Source: Eledone cirrhosa (Eukaryota). From it: a stretch of DNA of 64,000 nt. The stretch is from contig OZ024744.1 of NCBI GenBank assembly GCA_964016885.1, positions 95,480,001 to 95,544,000 of the forward strand. The letters run 5' to 3'. Every line of letters begins with the position of its first letter. The first letter of the stretch is position 1. The notes under the pieces were generated by a model. The model was not told the DNA's origin. It made no database searches and worked only from the letters and a program-made list of their open reading frames with translations. The translations under genes and the position numbers were made by a program. Positions 63,348 through 64,000 of the stretch are shown one piece after another.

Positions 63348-64000
63348 GTAATGAATTGTTGTATTTAAAAATAGTTAATTACCTCCTTTCATGACCATAT
63401 GCATTGCATTCCATTTCATTAATGAAGAATAGGTCAGCTGAATTTATTAAATGTTATGACATAACTATTACATTTGCCCTAGAATACATCACTGGATATT
63501 TGTGAATATTCTTTATAAAATTTTTCTTGAATACATTTTAGTGTAGAATTATGATAAACTTTAAACGTTAGTCTCAAGTGAGCAGCCAAATTTATTTCAT
63601 AAATGTTTAGTATTTTATTATCAAGCATTAATGGCCAAGAGTGGTACAGAAAATTAAGAGTTAATGCCTCACATTGATTACTTTTGATTATATGTATCCA
63701 TTCTATTTTTTTCCTTAGAATTTTGTACAAAAAGAGTAAAGCAACTCATGGTTCAACTTCACAGTGAGTATATTTATTTTATAATTTAATGTAGCTGTTA
63801 ATTTTAATAATATTTGCAAAGCTGTAATGTCTTAAATTCAGAATCAAGTTTAACTCTTTAATGATTTAGCAGAAAATATCTAAAAATCCATTTGTTTATA
63901 TCTTTACTAGTGGACAGAAAATTTTGTGAAAATTTACAGTAAACTAAAGTAAAGAGTACAGGGACCATCTTAAGGGATATGCCTTTAACAGAGCTGACTT

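Overview
AT-rich, repeat-dense animal genomic DNA. The SINE/LINE repertoire and microsatellite load suggest an octopus or other coleoid cephalopod, but this is inferred and not verified. The window holds the 5' part of one large + strand gene, ubinuclein (UBN1/UBN2/yemanuclein family, the H3.3-binding subunit of HIRA). I traced 11 phase-consistent GT-AG coding exons from 2274 to 63347 (~504 codons); the gene runs off the right edge. A CRE palindrome and a YY1-like motif lie just upstream of the start codon. The introns are filled with transposon material: a 5'-truncated RTE LINE with a PHD-type finger inserted in a 28-bp minisatellite, several SINE families (two carrying that LINE's 3' tail), a decayed mariner, an internally deleted piggyBac, TTAA and TA MITEs, Helitron ends, and Penelope-like, CRE-like, Rex3/Expander-like and CR1/Jockey-like fragments. 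The most notable observations are (i) an apparently intact, sense-strand minimal hammerhead ribozyme at the tip of a long hairpin in intron 1, (ii) one TTAA MITE family that has seeded four separate tandem arrays of different period, (iii) LINE-SINE tail sharing, and (iv) inverted SINE arrangements that predict dsRNA editing or back-splicing. Most ORFs in the supplied track are spurious.
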